Of a stretch of DNA of 64,000 nucleotides, positions 7,630 through 17,044 are shown in pieces (the stretch's first letter is position 1; each line of letters opens with the position of its first letter). The DNA is from a virus. The stretch spans positions 1-64,000 of IMG/VR virus record IMGVR_UViG_3300045988_084534; one strand, written 5' to 3'. The translations under genes were made by a program, and so were the position numbers. The notes below the pieces were generated by a model. That model searched no databases, had not been told where the DNA came from, and saw only the letters and a program-made list of their open reading frames with translations.

Positions 7630-8793
7630 TTATGAATTTTCTGTGAACCAATCTTCATCAATAAAATGTACTTCTACGTTAAATTCATTACGAAGAATAT
7701 TAATTGCGTCAACCGGCTCACCGTAGAAAAATTCTTTACGAGTATTGTCTTTATTTACTCTATATTTATCAAGTCTCTTGTGCAACTGAGCTTCAAGCTC
7801 AAATACTGATTCAGAGAAAACAAGCCCGCGACATTTAAAAACAAATGGAACTGATGCCGATGATAATTCAGATAACCTAGTTAGAGGATTTAATCTTCTG
7901 GTACAACCTGCCTTGTAGATTCCGAGCATTGATTGAGTGGTAGCAATATATAACCAACCAGCGTTTGCATGAGATACGCGCCAATCAATATTTTTAATGC
8001 GCTTATCTACATTGCTCAGTTTTTCTTTTATTTTATCCTGTTCTTCCCTTGTGACGGCCTGTGCAAATAGTTTTTGAAGGTTTTTACGTTCTTCTTCAAG
8101 TCTTTGCTGTTCACGCTCAGCCTCAGCAAGCAACTGTTCTTGTTCTCTCAGTCTGCGCTTTTCTTCACGGATTCGCGCCTTTTCTTCTTTCTGTTTGACC
8201 TTGATAGCTAAGTTAATATCTAGCATATCAAGCCGCGCTTTGACATATTCAGCATTAAGCGCCAATCCGACTTTATTTGCTTTAGATTGATAAGAATTAA
8301 ATTTATTCTTAATCAATTCTTTGTTTTTTGCAATATTGCCTGTTGTCACAGATTTTTCCTTGCTGTCAATATATGCGTTACAACTGTAAACTAATCCGCG
8401 CCCATACACGTCCTGCACTTCTTTTCCGCGCCTATCTGATCCGTTTAGCGTATATCCTTGCTCAATGCGATATAGACCAGTATTCACAGCAGATTCAATT
8501 TTTCTTTGTAGCTCATATCTCTTATGCTCAAGTTCTTCTAGTGAATCCTGATAATATGGAATATTATAATCCTGCATTTCTTCAATGACATGGATTTGCC
8601 CGTTTAGAGCATCAAGGACGGATTGAGCTTCTTTTGCGGCGATTTCGGCACAATTAGCTTTATTCTGTCTAGCTGTAGTTAGGTCATCTAGTGCTTTAAT
8701 TTTTTCTTGCATTGCTTTTTGCCTAGCTTCAAGCAGAGCAATATTTTCTTCAATTGCCGCTTTCTTCTTGTTTAGCTTGAAAATCTCGAACAC
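7630..8793 (-). CDS. coiled-coil (DUF4041-like) protein with C-terminal T5orf172/MUG113 (GIY-YIG superfamily) domain
   Basis: GWLYIATT..GIYKAGCTRRLNPLTRLSEL..FELEAQLHKRL..EFF. The long E/K/Q-rich middle section looks coiled-coil. GTG at 8793 follows AAGGAGG. Confidence 0.65.
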   Translation of the reverse strand: MFEIFKLNKKKAAIEENIALLEARQKAMQEKIKALDDLTTARQNKANCAEIAAKEAQSVLDALNGQIHVIEEMQDYNIPYYQDSLEELEHKRYELQRKIESAVNTGLYRIEQGYTLNGSDRRGKEVQDVYGRGLVYSCNAYIDSKEKSVTTGNIAKNKELIKNKFNSYQSKANKVGLALNAEYVKARLDMLDINLAIKVKQKEEKARIREEKRRLREQEQLLAEAEREQQRLEEERKNLQKLFAQAVTREEQDKIKEKLSNVDKRIKNIDWRVSHANAGWLYIATTQSMLGIYKAGCTRRLNPLTRLSELSSASVPFVFKCRGLVFSESVFELEAQLHKRLDKYRVNKDNTRKEFFYGEPVDAINILRNEFNVEVHFIDEDWFTENS

Positions 8794-8980
8794 GTCTAGC
8801 CGCCTCCTTACCAAAAATCTTATCTATATGCTTATCAAAATCCAATGGATTGTTGCTCTTTGCTAAAATCTGCTTGGTGCTGGTATTATATAGCTCAAAT
8901 TGCACATTGCCGCAATCGTTGATAATCCAACCAGTATCACCATATCGGACTACAGCGTTAATTTTCTTTGTTCTTGGCAT
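8750..8980 (-). CDS. hypothetical protein (76 aa), first gene of the leftward operon
   Basis: ORF track; RBS gaggtgag; about 15 nt downstream of the predicted TSS of the 9001-9029 promoter. Confidence 0.65.
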   Translation of the reverse strand: MPRTKKINAVVRYGDTGWIINDCGNVQFELYNTSTKQILAKSNNPLDFDKHIDKIFGKEAARRVRDFQAKQEESGN

Positions 8981-9000
8981 TTATCTCACCTCACACTATG

Positions 9001-9029
9001 ATTATATCACATCAATTTGTACTTGTCAA
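9001..9029 (-). promoter_or_regulatory. consensus sigma-A promoter, leftward
   Basis: Minus strand reads TTGACA (9029-9024), 17 nt, TGaTATAAT (TATAAT at 9006-9001). Confidence 0.8.
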
Positions 9030-9064
9030 GCATAATTTTTGATGAATTGATTTTTCACATCAAT

Positions 9065-9104
9065 TTAACTATTATCTACGAATTTATGAGTAGATAATAG
9101 TTAA
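9065..9104. promoter_or_regulatory. perfect 15-bp inverted repeat with 10-nt spacer (candidate operator) in the divergent control region
   Basis: ttaactattatctac (9065-9079) and gtagataatagttaa (9090-9104). tcacatcaattt also occurs twice (about 9007 and 9054). Confidence 0.55.
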
Positions 9105-9189
9105 ATTGTAATTATATATTATTATATATACTAGATATTATAGCATAGAAAGTGTATAATGTCAATAGAAAAATTTTTTATTTTACTAC

Positions 9190-9218
9190 TTGACAAAGTT
9201 ATTAATATATGGTATAAT
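9190..9218 (+). promoter_or_regulatory. consensus sigma-A promoter, rightward
   Basis: TTGACA (9190-9195), 17 nt, TGgTATAAT (TATAAT at 9213-9218). Confidence 0.8.
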
Positions 9219-9313
9219 ATAGTAAATAAGTAAATACGTTAGTATTTACTTATACATTATTTCTTTCTTTTTGGTTCTTTTTCTTTCTTAGAATTTATAG
9301 ATAGGAGATAAAT

Positions 9314-9886
9314 ATGGAAAATAATAACATTGTATATAAGCATACGAATTTAGAGAATGGATTAGTGTACTATGGAATTACGGATAATTATGATACCAGA
9401 TGGGACAACGGCAAAGGTTATCAAGGTAATAAACAATTTTGGGATGATATTGTAAAATACGGATGGAAAAATTTTAAGCACGAAATAATTAAAAGCGGAC
9501 TTACTAGAGATGAGGCTAAATTTCTTGAGGCGCTCTTGATTCAAGAAACAAAATCATATTTGCCTGAAATTGGATATAATAAACAACTTGGCGAAAAATT
9601 AGAATATGAGGAAATTGGAGCACGAACAAGAAAAGAGAGAAAGAATAAAGCATATGGATTCAATGGGAATAAAAAAGCTGTTGTTTATAAAAACATAACA
9701 TATATGTCAATAACTGAGTTAGCAAATAAAATTGGAGACGACCCAATCGCATTGTCACAGATGCTAAGCCCTGCAAATAGTAGAAAGATGAGAGATGAAT
9801 ATGTTGCCAACGGTCTTAGATATGCAACAGAAGAAGAAGCATATGCTTGTATGAATGATAGATTCGAGCGTTATATTTTGGGCTAA
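9314..9886 (+). CDS. free-standing GIY-YIG homing endonuclease
   Basis: IVYKHTN..NGLVYYGIT..TRW..GKGY..KYGWKNF..EAKFLEALLI. Confidence 0.8.
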   Translation: MENNNIVYKHTNLENGLVYYGITDNYDTRWDNGKGYQGNKQFWDDIVKYGWKNFKHEIIKSGLTRDEAKFLEALLIQETKSYLPEIGYNKQLGEKLEYEEIGARTRKERKNKAYGFNGNKKAVVYKNITYMSITELANKIGDDPIALSQMLSPANSRKMRDEYVANGLRYATEEEAYACMNDRFERYILG

Positions 9887-9894
9887 TTTTAATA

Positions 9895-9923
9895 TTGACA
9901 AATAATTAATTATATGGTATAAT
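9895..9923 (+). promoter_or_regulatory. consensus sigma-A promoter upstream of the RNA polymerase operon
   Basis: TTGACA (9895-9900), 17 nt, TGgTATAAT (TATAAT at 9918-9923). Confidence 0.8.
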
Positions 9924-9952
9924 AGCATTAAGCTCAAGGAGGTGGTAAGAAA

Positions 9953-10096
9953 TTGTGGAGCGAAATGAGCTATAACTGGTATGTATCAACAGATACAGAG
10001 CCGGAAGTATGGGATAATGAATATGAGCCAACTGAGCGTGATTGGGCGCTTTGGATATATGGTAGTTCAGAGAATGAATTAGAGGTGATTTTTTGA
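9953..10096 (+). CDS. small acidic hypothetical protein (47 aa)
   Basis: Hand translation; TTG start 10 nt after AAGGAGG. Its stop overlaps the TTG start of the next gene (TTTTGA). Confidence 0.4.
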   Translation: MWSEMSYNWYVSTDTEPEVWDNEYEPTERDWALWIYGSSENELEVIF

Positions 10097-11793
10097 GCCT
10101 ACAGACGCAAATTTATTTACATTCAGTAGATACTAGCGCATTTTATGATAACAATGAGTTGTTAATACATAATCGGCTTGTAAGACTGTATTCTTTGAGA
10201 AAGCGATTATCAGATATTGATAAACCGAAAAAGAAAAAGTCTGGTGAACAATCGGATAAAAAAATATATAAACCAAAGAAATCTGCTGAACGCAAAGGAT
10301 GGGAGAAATCGCTTGAGGGTAAACTTAGTTGGAAAGTAAAATCTGTAAATCGTTTACTCAAAAAAGAAAAGGCGCGGCTATCTGAATTGCTCGATGACGC
10401 AGTAAGCCGAAATGTAACTAGAGAATTGCGTCAAGATGCTGTGACTGATAAGACAGTTGTTAATCTATTTGAATCCGATTTAACGCGCAGCTTAGGTCTT
10501 GAACCATTCAAGTTGACCGATGAGCTATTCATCATTAACGTATTTTTCTTTCAGGTGTTTAACAATCTAGTTCATCAAGGGTTTATCTACAATGGTGAAA
10601 AATATGTGTTTCTTACAGCATCAGCAGGACAGATAAGAACGAAAAGAGCTGTATTTGTTAAAGAATCGTCGTTTAAACGCATTGAGCAAAAATTGATGTG
10701 TGGTTTGACCATAGACGAGATCAATGAACGGGGAGGCATGAATCAGAATAAATTCCTTGCCTATTTAGCGCTTATGAACTCTGCTACTGATGTTTGGCAA
10801 GATTTCGATATTGACAAATCAATAGTAGTAGACGATTGGGAAACGGCTGTTCCGGGATTGGTTGACCACATTGACGGCGTGTCATATGAGATTCGGCGCG
10901 AAATGACAGAGACGATTATTCCTCATATGGACGGATGCGGCATCATGCTCAATGAAACAACAAGAATGGTGCGTATGCCATGGATAAAGGGATTGCTTGT
11001 TACATTTCCATTTGACAAGTTTATCAAAGAGAAATGCGGCGGGGAAGCGACTGTAACAGATATTTATGGCAACGAGCATAAAATCATAGAGGAAGATATA
11101 CGGTATATATTCACAAAAAGTCAATTTAAACTATGGAAATTTTATGATTCGTGGGATTGTTATAAGGCGCGATTCAAAAATTTTGGATGTAATGCTTGTT
11201 ATTGCAATATAGAAGAATCATATATTCCAAAAAGCCGTATTAACTATCAGATGCTACAGACATTAAGTGATATGACTGATAATGAGATTGACCGCATTAT
11301 CTCTAAGACGATACAAGAGATTGATGATGTTGGTAAAGATTATCAAGTTACTATGAGATTCCTTGGCGCAACAGAGAACAATCGTTATAAATCAGCTATG
11401 CAAGAGGCGTTGTTAATATACCCTGAGCTTTTCAAGGATTCATATAATCGAGAAATTCTGAAACAGACCAAAAAGAGTCTAGTTAAGCAAGCCAAGGGTG
11501 GGCGGCTTAGAGTAAATGGAAAATATTTGTTCTTAGCGCCTGACCTATATGCGTTTTGTGAATGGTTGTTCCAAGGACAACAGAACCCACAAGGATTGCT
11601 GGCAGATGGGGATGTATATACAAACCAGTATCGAGATGAGGAAACATTGGCTTGTTTGCGTTCGCCGCATCTATATCGAGAATGGGCAATTAGGACGAAT
11701 CGGCGCAGCTTAGAGCTTGATTATTGGTTTGGCGGAACTAAGTGTATATATACTAGTTGTCATGATTTAATCAGTAGATACTTAATGTTCGAT
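10093..11793 (+). CDS. YonO/QDE-1-like single-subunit RNA polymerase, exon 1 of 3
   Basis: 567 codons ending ..CLRSPHLYREW..LISRYLMFD. The ORF stops one codon after the proposed 5' splice site. Confidence 0.6.
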
Positions 11794-12762
11794 TAGTTAG
11801 TCGCAGTCGAACCCTATGGAAACATAGGGATATAAAACGGTGTGAAGGCGTAAATGCGCCATGTCAGAAATGGCAACGGGGAAAGTGAGTGCAACCCCGT
11901 AGGAAATAGAATGAATGAATTATTAAACTATAAGGAGGTGGAAAGATGTATAAAGAAGGAATTTATTGCCATTGTGCATATCGAGTAAATGAAAATGGTG
12001 ATTGCTATACACAAAATGGCAAATTTGAGTGGGTGCATAGAAAGTGGCGATATAACAGTGATGGGTATGCTGTTGTATCAGCTTGTGGTCTAAAGTCAGA
12101 CGGTACTAAAACATTCCGCTCACTTCATGTTCATGTATTAGTTGCGCGAGAATTTGTTGATGGATGGTTTGAAGGAGCAGAAGTAAATCATAAAGATTTT
12201 AACCGTGCCAATCCTGCTTGGTGGAATCTTGAGTGGTTAAGTCATAAAGATAATATTGCTTATTCGCATAAAGCTGGTAAGTATAAAGGACGGTTTGGTG
12301 AGGACAATCCAAACTATGGCAATGACACACTACACAAGAGATACGTCGCCGAGCCTGAATTTGCCAAAGAAAAGCAGTCTCGTCCAAGAGGACAAAACGG
12401 ACGTTCTGTGAAATGCTTATTATATTGTCATCAAAATATGTGTTTTGAGCATTGGTTTGATTGTCAGCGCGACGCAGTTGATTTTCTTGTTGATTATAAT
12501 GTTGTAAAGCCAACTTGTAATAAAGAGAGTATAATTAGTAAGCTGAAACAAGAAGATGGATATAAGGGTTGGTATCTTATTCAAGATAAATAATTCATTT
12601 ATTCAAAAACCTCTATCGACTATCGAAAGGATATAAATTAACCCGTACGGGTTAATTTAGAATAACCGAGTAGAGTAGGAGATGGGTGAAATTCCCATCT
12701 CCGAAGCGCACCGAGCCTAAACGGGAAACCGCATGGCTATGATATAGTCAGTAACTCCTATG
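11794..12762 (+). mobile_element. group I intron (RNAP intron 1) carrying an HNH endonuclease gene
   Basis: P1: ttcgaT (11788-93) pairs with Gtcgaa (11806-11), with U.G at the splice site. P7: gactatc (12618-24) / gatatagtc (12741-49). Ends in G12762. Removal restores the frame. Confidence 0.8.
11946..12593 (+). CDS. intron-encoded HNH homing endonuclease
   Basis: LHVHVLVAREF..GAEVNHKDFNRANPAWWNLEWLSHKDN (HNH_3-type); RBS AAGGAGG. Confidence 0.8.
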   Translation: MYKEGIYCHCAYRVNENGDCYTQNGKFEWVHRKWRYNSDGYAVVSACGLKSDGTKTFRSLHVHVLVAREFVDGWFEGAEVNHKDFNRANPAWWNLEWLSHKDNIAYSHKAGKYKGRFGEDNPNYGNDTLHKRYVAEPEFAKEKQSRPRGQNGRSVKCLLYCHQNMCFEHWFDCQRDAVDFLVDYNVVKPTCNKESIISKLKQEDGYKGWYLIQDK

Positions 12763-13041
12763 TGCGACGGAGATAAGGCACTTGTAGTTAAAGACCGTAC
12801 TTTGTCTACAGTTGCCAAACGCAATATGCAAGATATAGTCCCTCTAGCATATGACCTCAAAAAAGCCAAGGGCGGCTTATTAAATCCAGACAGTATGTAT
12901 AATGGAATGGTCAATGCTTATACTAAGGGCAATATCGGGCCGGTTAGTAATAACATTACAAAAATATGGAATAGTGGTGAAATTACACAAGAAGAACTAG
13001 ATGTAGTGAAATGGCTTTGTTTCGAGAATAATGCTGTGATT
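12763..13041 (+). CDS. RNA polymerase, exon 2 of 3
   Basis: Begins CDGDKALVV; joined to exon 1 it gives FD|CDGD (DxDGD motif). The 3' boundary is supported by P1 of intron 2. Confidence 0.6.
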
Positions 13042-14139
13042 AAGAATCGGTCACCTTACACAGTAATGTGTATGTAAAATCTGGTGAACCTACAAATGTA
13101 GGGTGTGCGGCGTATGCCGTGCTAACAGGGAAAGCTAAAATGTTTGTTAAAAGATACTAATAGGGAGAGGAGGTGTTTATGATGAAATTTATTAACGAAC
13201 AGGCAATGAAAAATAAGATTGGCATTTATAAGATTTCCAACATTGTGTCCGGGCGGGTATATGTCGGTCAGACCAGAGAACGATTTCAAAGAAGATATTG
13301 GCTACATCAATGGGAGTTAAGGAATGGATGCCATGACAATAAATATTTGCAGAACGCTTGGAACAAATACGGAGAAGATAGCTTTATATTTGAAGTAATA
13401 GAGATTTTACCACGAGAAGAAATAGATGAACGCGAGAGATATTGGATAGCATATTATCGTGAGAATGGTGGTTGCTATTGTATTCAAGATGGCGGGCAAC
13501 CAACAAATCTTGTGAAGTATGTATCACCTGAAGTTCGTAAGAGAGTTGGTGAAATGAACCGACAACGTATGCTTGGGTCTAAGTTGAGTGAAAAGACTAA
13601 GCAGAAAATGGCTGAAATTCGTACTGGTAAGCATCCGATTAGGAAGAATGATTTAATGACCGAAGATGAGGCAAGAACTGTTAAAGAAATGCTCGTTGCT
13701 GGTTATTCTAGTGGTGACATTGTAAAAATAACAGGTGTACCATATAAGGGCATAAACAGTATTATATCAAATAATAACTATGCTGCTATTAAGGTTGATG
13801 GTTGGGACGTATATATTGCCAATAGAATGAAATCTGTAAAGCATCGACTTACAAAAGAGCAGATTCTTCAGCTTGTTGAAGATTCAAAGAACGGAATGAG
13901 CAATGCGGAGTTGGCTAAAAAATATAGCATCGGTGAATGCTCAGTGCGCCGTCATATTAGATTAAATAAATAACAAACATCATGCCAATCTTGTGCCAAG
14001 CCTCGAAAGAGGAAGGTTAAACGACTATCCTGAAAAGGAGTACAGATGGGGTGAAATTCCCCATTTGGAAGTGCCAGACCCCTTGAATATCAAGGGTGAA
14101 GATATAGTCTAAACCCCTAATAAATATCGGGAAACCGAG
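13042..14139 (+). mobile_element. group I intron (RNAP intron 2) carrying a GIY-YIG endonuclease gene
   Basis: P1: gtgatT (13036-41) / Ggtcac (13049-54). P7: gactatc (14023-29) / gatatagtc (14101-09). Terminal G14139. It shares the tggggtgaaattcccca hairpin with intron 1. An alternative in-frame boundary pair is 13038/14141. Confidence 0.75.
13179..13973 (+). CDS. intron-encoded GIY-YIG homing endonuclease with C-terminal HTH-like region
   Basis: GIYKISN..GRVYVGQT..RR..H...L..G.H.N..LQNAWNKYGE..F; RBS GAGGAGG. Confidence 0.85.
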   Translation: MMKFINEQAMKNKIGIYKISNIVSGRVYVGQTRERFQRRYWLHQWELRNGCHDNKYLQNAWNKYGEDSFIFEVIEILPREEIDERERYWIAYYRENGGCYCIQDGGQPTNLVKYVSPEVRKRVGEMNRQRMLGSKLSEKTKQKMAEIRTGKHPIRKNDLMTEDEARTVKEMLVAGYSSGDIVKITGVPYKGINSIISNNNYAAIKVDGWDVYIANRMKSVKHRLTKEQILQLVEDSKNGMSNAELAKKYSIGECSVRRHIRLNK

Positions 14140-14844
14140 GGTATATATTACGATTGTGCAAAGACGCAGTGGTTACCACAGCGTCCAAAGAGAGTTAATT
14201 CAATTATCAAGCAATATACAAAAGCTCGTGTTCCAAATTTCTTCCAATATGCCAAAGACAAAGACCCGGATACCCAAGTAGAACCTCTCAACAATTCCAC
14301 GATGAATCGTATATCGGCTAAAATCCCTGCTTCCCGCATCCGCTATAATAACAAGATTGGGAAGTTCGACTGGACTATGCTGATAAATAAATCAGTCGAT
14401 TATACCACTAGAGAAAATTCCCCAATCATTGAACGTTATAATTGGTGGATGTGGAATCAGCGTCGATTTGATTATGGAGATGACCCGCATATCAATGAGG
14501 ATGATTTATATAAATATCGTCGAATTGCACAAGATATAGTGGAATATAGCAATGAGACGCTAGATGTTGTGGTTAATAGTTTGGTGGCTTATCTATATAC
14601 GGTCAAAAAATCAAGTAATAAGAAAATGCTGTGGGCTTGTTTTGGTTGGACGATTGTAGAGAATTTAAGAATCAATACGGCGCAACTTAATCCAATCTGC
14701 CCCATTTGCGGTAAGCGGTTCAAGCCGCGCGATATATGCCAGCATTATTGCTCAGAGGAATGCTATAAGAAAGCAGATAATCAGAGGCGCACTGAATCGC
14801 GTGAAGCCCCACCTGTCCGCACGGGGGATATGTTAAAACAGTAG
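14140..14844 (+). CDS. RNA polymerase, exon 3 of 3
   Basis: The frame is open from 14113. Exon 2 plus exon 3 join in frame (..NNAVI|GIYYDCAKTQW..). C-terminal CPICG..CQHYCSEEC Zn motif. Confidence 0.55.
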   Translation, partial: GIYYDCAKTQWLPQRPKRVNSIIKQYTKARVPNFFQYAKDKDPDTQVEPLNNSTMNRISAKIPASRIRYNNKIGKFDWTMLINKSVDYTTRENSPIIERYNWWMWNQRRFDYGDDPHINEDDLYKYRRIAQDIVEYSNETLDVVVNSLVAYLYTVKKSSNKKMLWACFGWTIVENLRINTAQLNPICPICGKRFKPRDICQHYCSEECYKKADNQRRTESREAPPVRTGDMLKQ

Positions 14845-14913
14845 GAAATATATGGATAAAATGAACTCACCACAATATGTTGTGGTAGACTAATAGGGAA
14901 AGGAACGATATAA

Positions 14914-15333
14914 TTGCATAAAAACAAATATCCTCGGCTTGGTAAAGCTGATATGAAAAAAGAGCTGATTCGGCGCACAGGGGTTGATTCAAAGATTATT
15001 GAAACTGTGCTAACGGCATATCATGACATCATCCGCGAGACACTACAGCATGGCGTGGAGTATTCTTTGCCCGATATTGGCGTTATTACATTCCGTGACT
15101 ACCCACCAAAGCCAGCCGGTGAATATTGGAACGGTTTCCAAAAGCGGCGTATGTACTACCCTGACAGGCGGGGTTATTATCGGCTGGAATTTAAGGCTGA
15201 GAAACATATGGCAAGTGCTGTTAAAAGCGGCACACTGTATGGGAAAGGCTCAACTAAAGAGGAATGGGATGCTTGGGTGTTGGAGAATTATCCTGATAAT
15301 CCAAAGTTTATGAAGGAAGAAGAAGATGGCTGA
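14914..15333 (+). CDS. HU/IHF-family DNA-binding protein
   Basis: MKKELI..VLTAYHDIIRETLQHGVEYSLPDIGVITFRD follows the HU helix-helix-beta-arm pattern. Start uncertain (TTG 14914 or ATG 14953). Confidence 0.6.
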   Translation: MHKNKYPRLGKADMKKELIRRTGVDSKIIETVLTAYHDIIRETLQHGVEYSLPDIGVITFRDYPPKPAGEYWNGFQKRRMYYPDRRGYYRLEFKAEKHMASAVKSGTLYGKGSTKEEWDAWVLENYPDNPKFMKEEEDG

Positions 15334-15889
15334 ACATAATAAACTGAATCAGCAATTTTATGAATATGCGGCTAATCTACTTGAATCTAAACCAGAGACA
15401 GTAAAGAAATATTGGCAAGCTTGTGTTGACACCATTGTTCATATGTTGCATTTTGATGGTAGATGCCAAATGCCGGGAGTTGGAACATTCGAGTTGAAAG
15501 AAGTCCCATCTTGGACTGGAATGGCAAAAGATGATAATGGTGAGCTTGTAGAGAGAACAATCCCGGCGTGGTTCAAAATTACATATAAAAGCAATGATGA
15601 TTTCATCAATAACGTCAATGGGCGTGGCGTTACAAAGAGATACCGTAAGCGTGTCCGTGAGCGTAAGTTGACACCTAACGATCTCAAGCTAATTACTCAA
15701 GCAGAAGCAGAACGAACAGCAAAACGCACACTAAAGCAGATGCAAGATGATCGCATTGAGCAAGCAAAGCAACAGAGTTATGATGATTTTATCAATGTAA
15801 TCAACAAGAAAAAAGAAGATTATGAACGGAAAAAGAAGGAAAAGGAACAGAAATTGAATGAATCTACAGAAGATACGACAAGCAACTGA
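15326..15889 (+). CDS. second HU/IHF-like protein with Lys/Glu-rich C-terminal tail
   Basis: ..YWQACVDTIVHMLHFDGRCQMPGVGTFELKEV..; overlaps the previous gene by 8 nt. Confidence 0.5.
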   Translation: MAEHNKLNQQFYEYAANLLESKPETVKKYWQACVDTIVHMLHFDGRCQMPGVGTFELKEVPSWTGMAKDDNGELVERTIPAWFKITYKSNDDFINNVNGRGVTKRYRKRVRERKLTPNDLKLITQAEAERTAKRTLKQMQDDRIEQAKQQSYDDFINVINKKKEDYERKKKEKEQKLNESTEDTTSN

Positions 15890-17042
15890 GCTGCTAGATA
15901 GCAAGTTGATTGACTTGCAGGAATGGACGGCGCGTTGTCTTGGTGAAGATTATAGGGGTGTTTGGTCAGAGGAATATTTACGGCGTTGTGCTGTATTTGT
16001 TCGCAATATGCTTAATAGCGCGGACGATTGTGAATCAGACGAAAAAGACAACAATATTCTATCACAGCTTAGAGAAGCTAAGATTGAGCTAGAGAAAGAA
16101 CGTAAGAAATTACAGAGTGAGAATATCCAGTATGTTCAGAATCAGCGTCTTGATGCAAGAGCAGACTTGATTCAAGAGAAGATTGCTGAGTCAATTAAGA
16201 ACCTTGAGCCGTTTACCATTCGAGATTTTAATAAGCTGCCACAAATGAATGTAAGTGGGCTTCTTTGTATTTCTGACCTTCATGCTGGCTCAACCTATGA
16301 AATCAAGGGTGCATATAATGAAATTGTAAATAAATACGATTTTGACATTATGAGGGCGCGGCTTGATGGGTTGCTCAATAAGATGTGCAATGATGACAAC
16401 TGCATCTGGCTTGATGATATTACTGTTGCCATACTTGGTGATTGCGTAGAGAATATTTTACGCACATCTAGCTTAACTAAGCTGAGAGAGCCGGTCCTTG
16501 ATACGGTTATCAAGTTGTCTGAATATCTAGCTGATTGGTTTGTTGAGTTACATGATCGGCTTGAAATTCCTGTTAATGTGGTGATGGTTGGTGGCAACCA
16601 TGATGTGTGCCGTCCATTGACATCTAAGCCTCAGTTTGAGGAAGAAAATTTAGGTAAAATCATTGTATGGTATCTACAAGAGCGGCTAAAGTCGGTAGAT
16701 GGCATTACAGTTGATGATTATACGGATTGTGCTATTAAATACATTAAGAATAATGCAATCATGCTTCATCATGGAGATGGCGGTGATATAGCTGAGACAA
16801 TGCGATATTTTGAAAATTTATATAATATTGACATTGACGAATGCTATGTTGGGCATCTACACAGACAAGAAATGAAAAATGCTGGCATTACTGAACTGGG
16901 TGATAAACTATGTTGGCGTGTTGGTTCGGTATGCGGCGTTGATGGATTTGCCAAGTCTATTCGTAAAGCATCAAGACCATCTTGTATGTTTACTACATAT
17001 TCAGAAGATGGCGCAGAGTGGCGCAAAACATTTTATCTTTAA
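15858..17042 (+). CDS. calcineurin-like metallophosphoesterase (SbcD/Mre11-like motifs)
   Basis: Ordered motifs ISDLHAG, ILGDCVEN, GGNHD, HHGDG, GHLHR. Confidence 0.75.
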   Translation: MNLQKIRQATELLDSKLIDLQEWTARCLGEDYRGVWSEEYLRRCAVFVRNMLNSADDCESDEKDNNILSQLREAKIELEKERKKLQSENIQYVQNQRLDARADLIQEKIAESIKNLEPFTIRDFNKLPQMNVSGLLCISDLHAGSTYEIKGAYNEIVNKYDFDIMRARLDGLLNKMCNDDNCIWLDDITVAILGDCVENILRTSSLTKLREPVLDTVIKLSEYLADWFVELHDRLEIPVNVVMVGGNHDVCRPLTSKPQFEEENLGKIIVWYLQERLKSVDGITVDDYTDCAIKYIKNNAIMLHHGDGGDIAETMRYFENLYNIDIDECYVGHLHRQEMKNAGITELGDKLCWRVGSVCGVDGFAKSIRKASRPSCMFTTYSEDGAEWRKTFYL

Positions 17043-17044
17043 TA

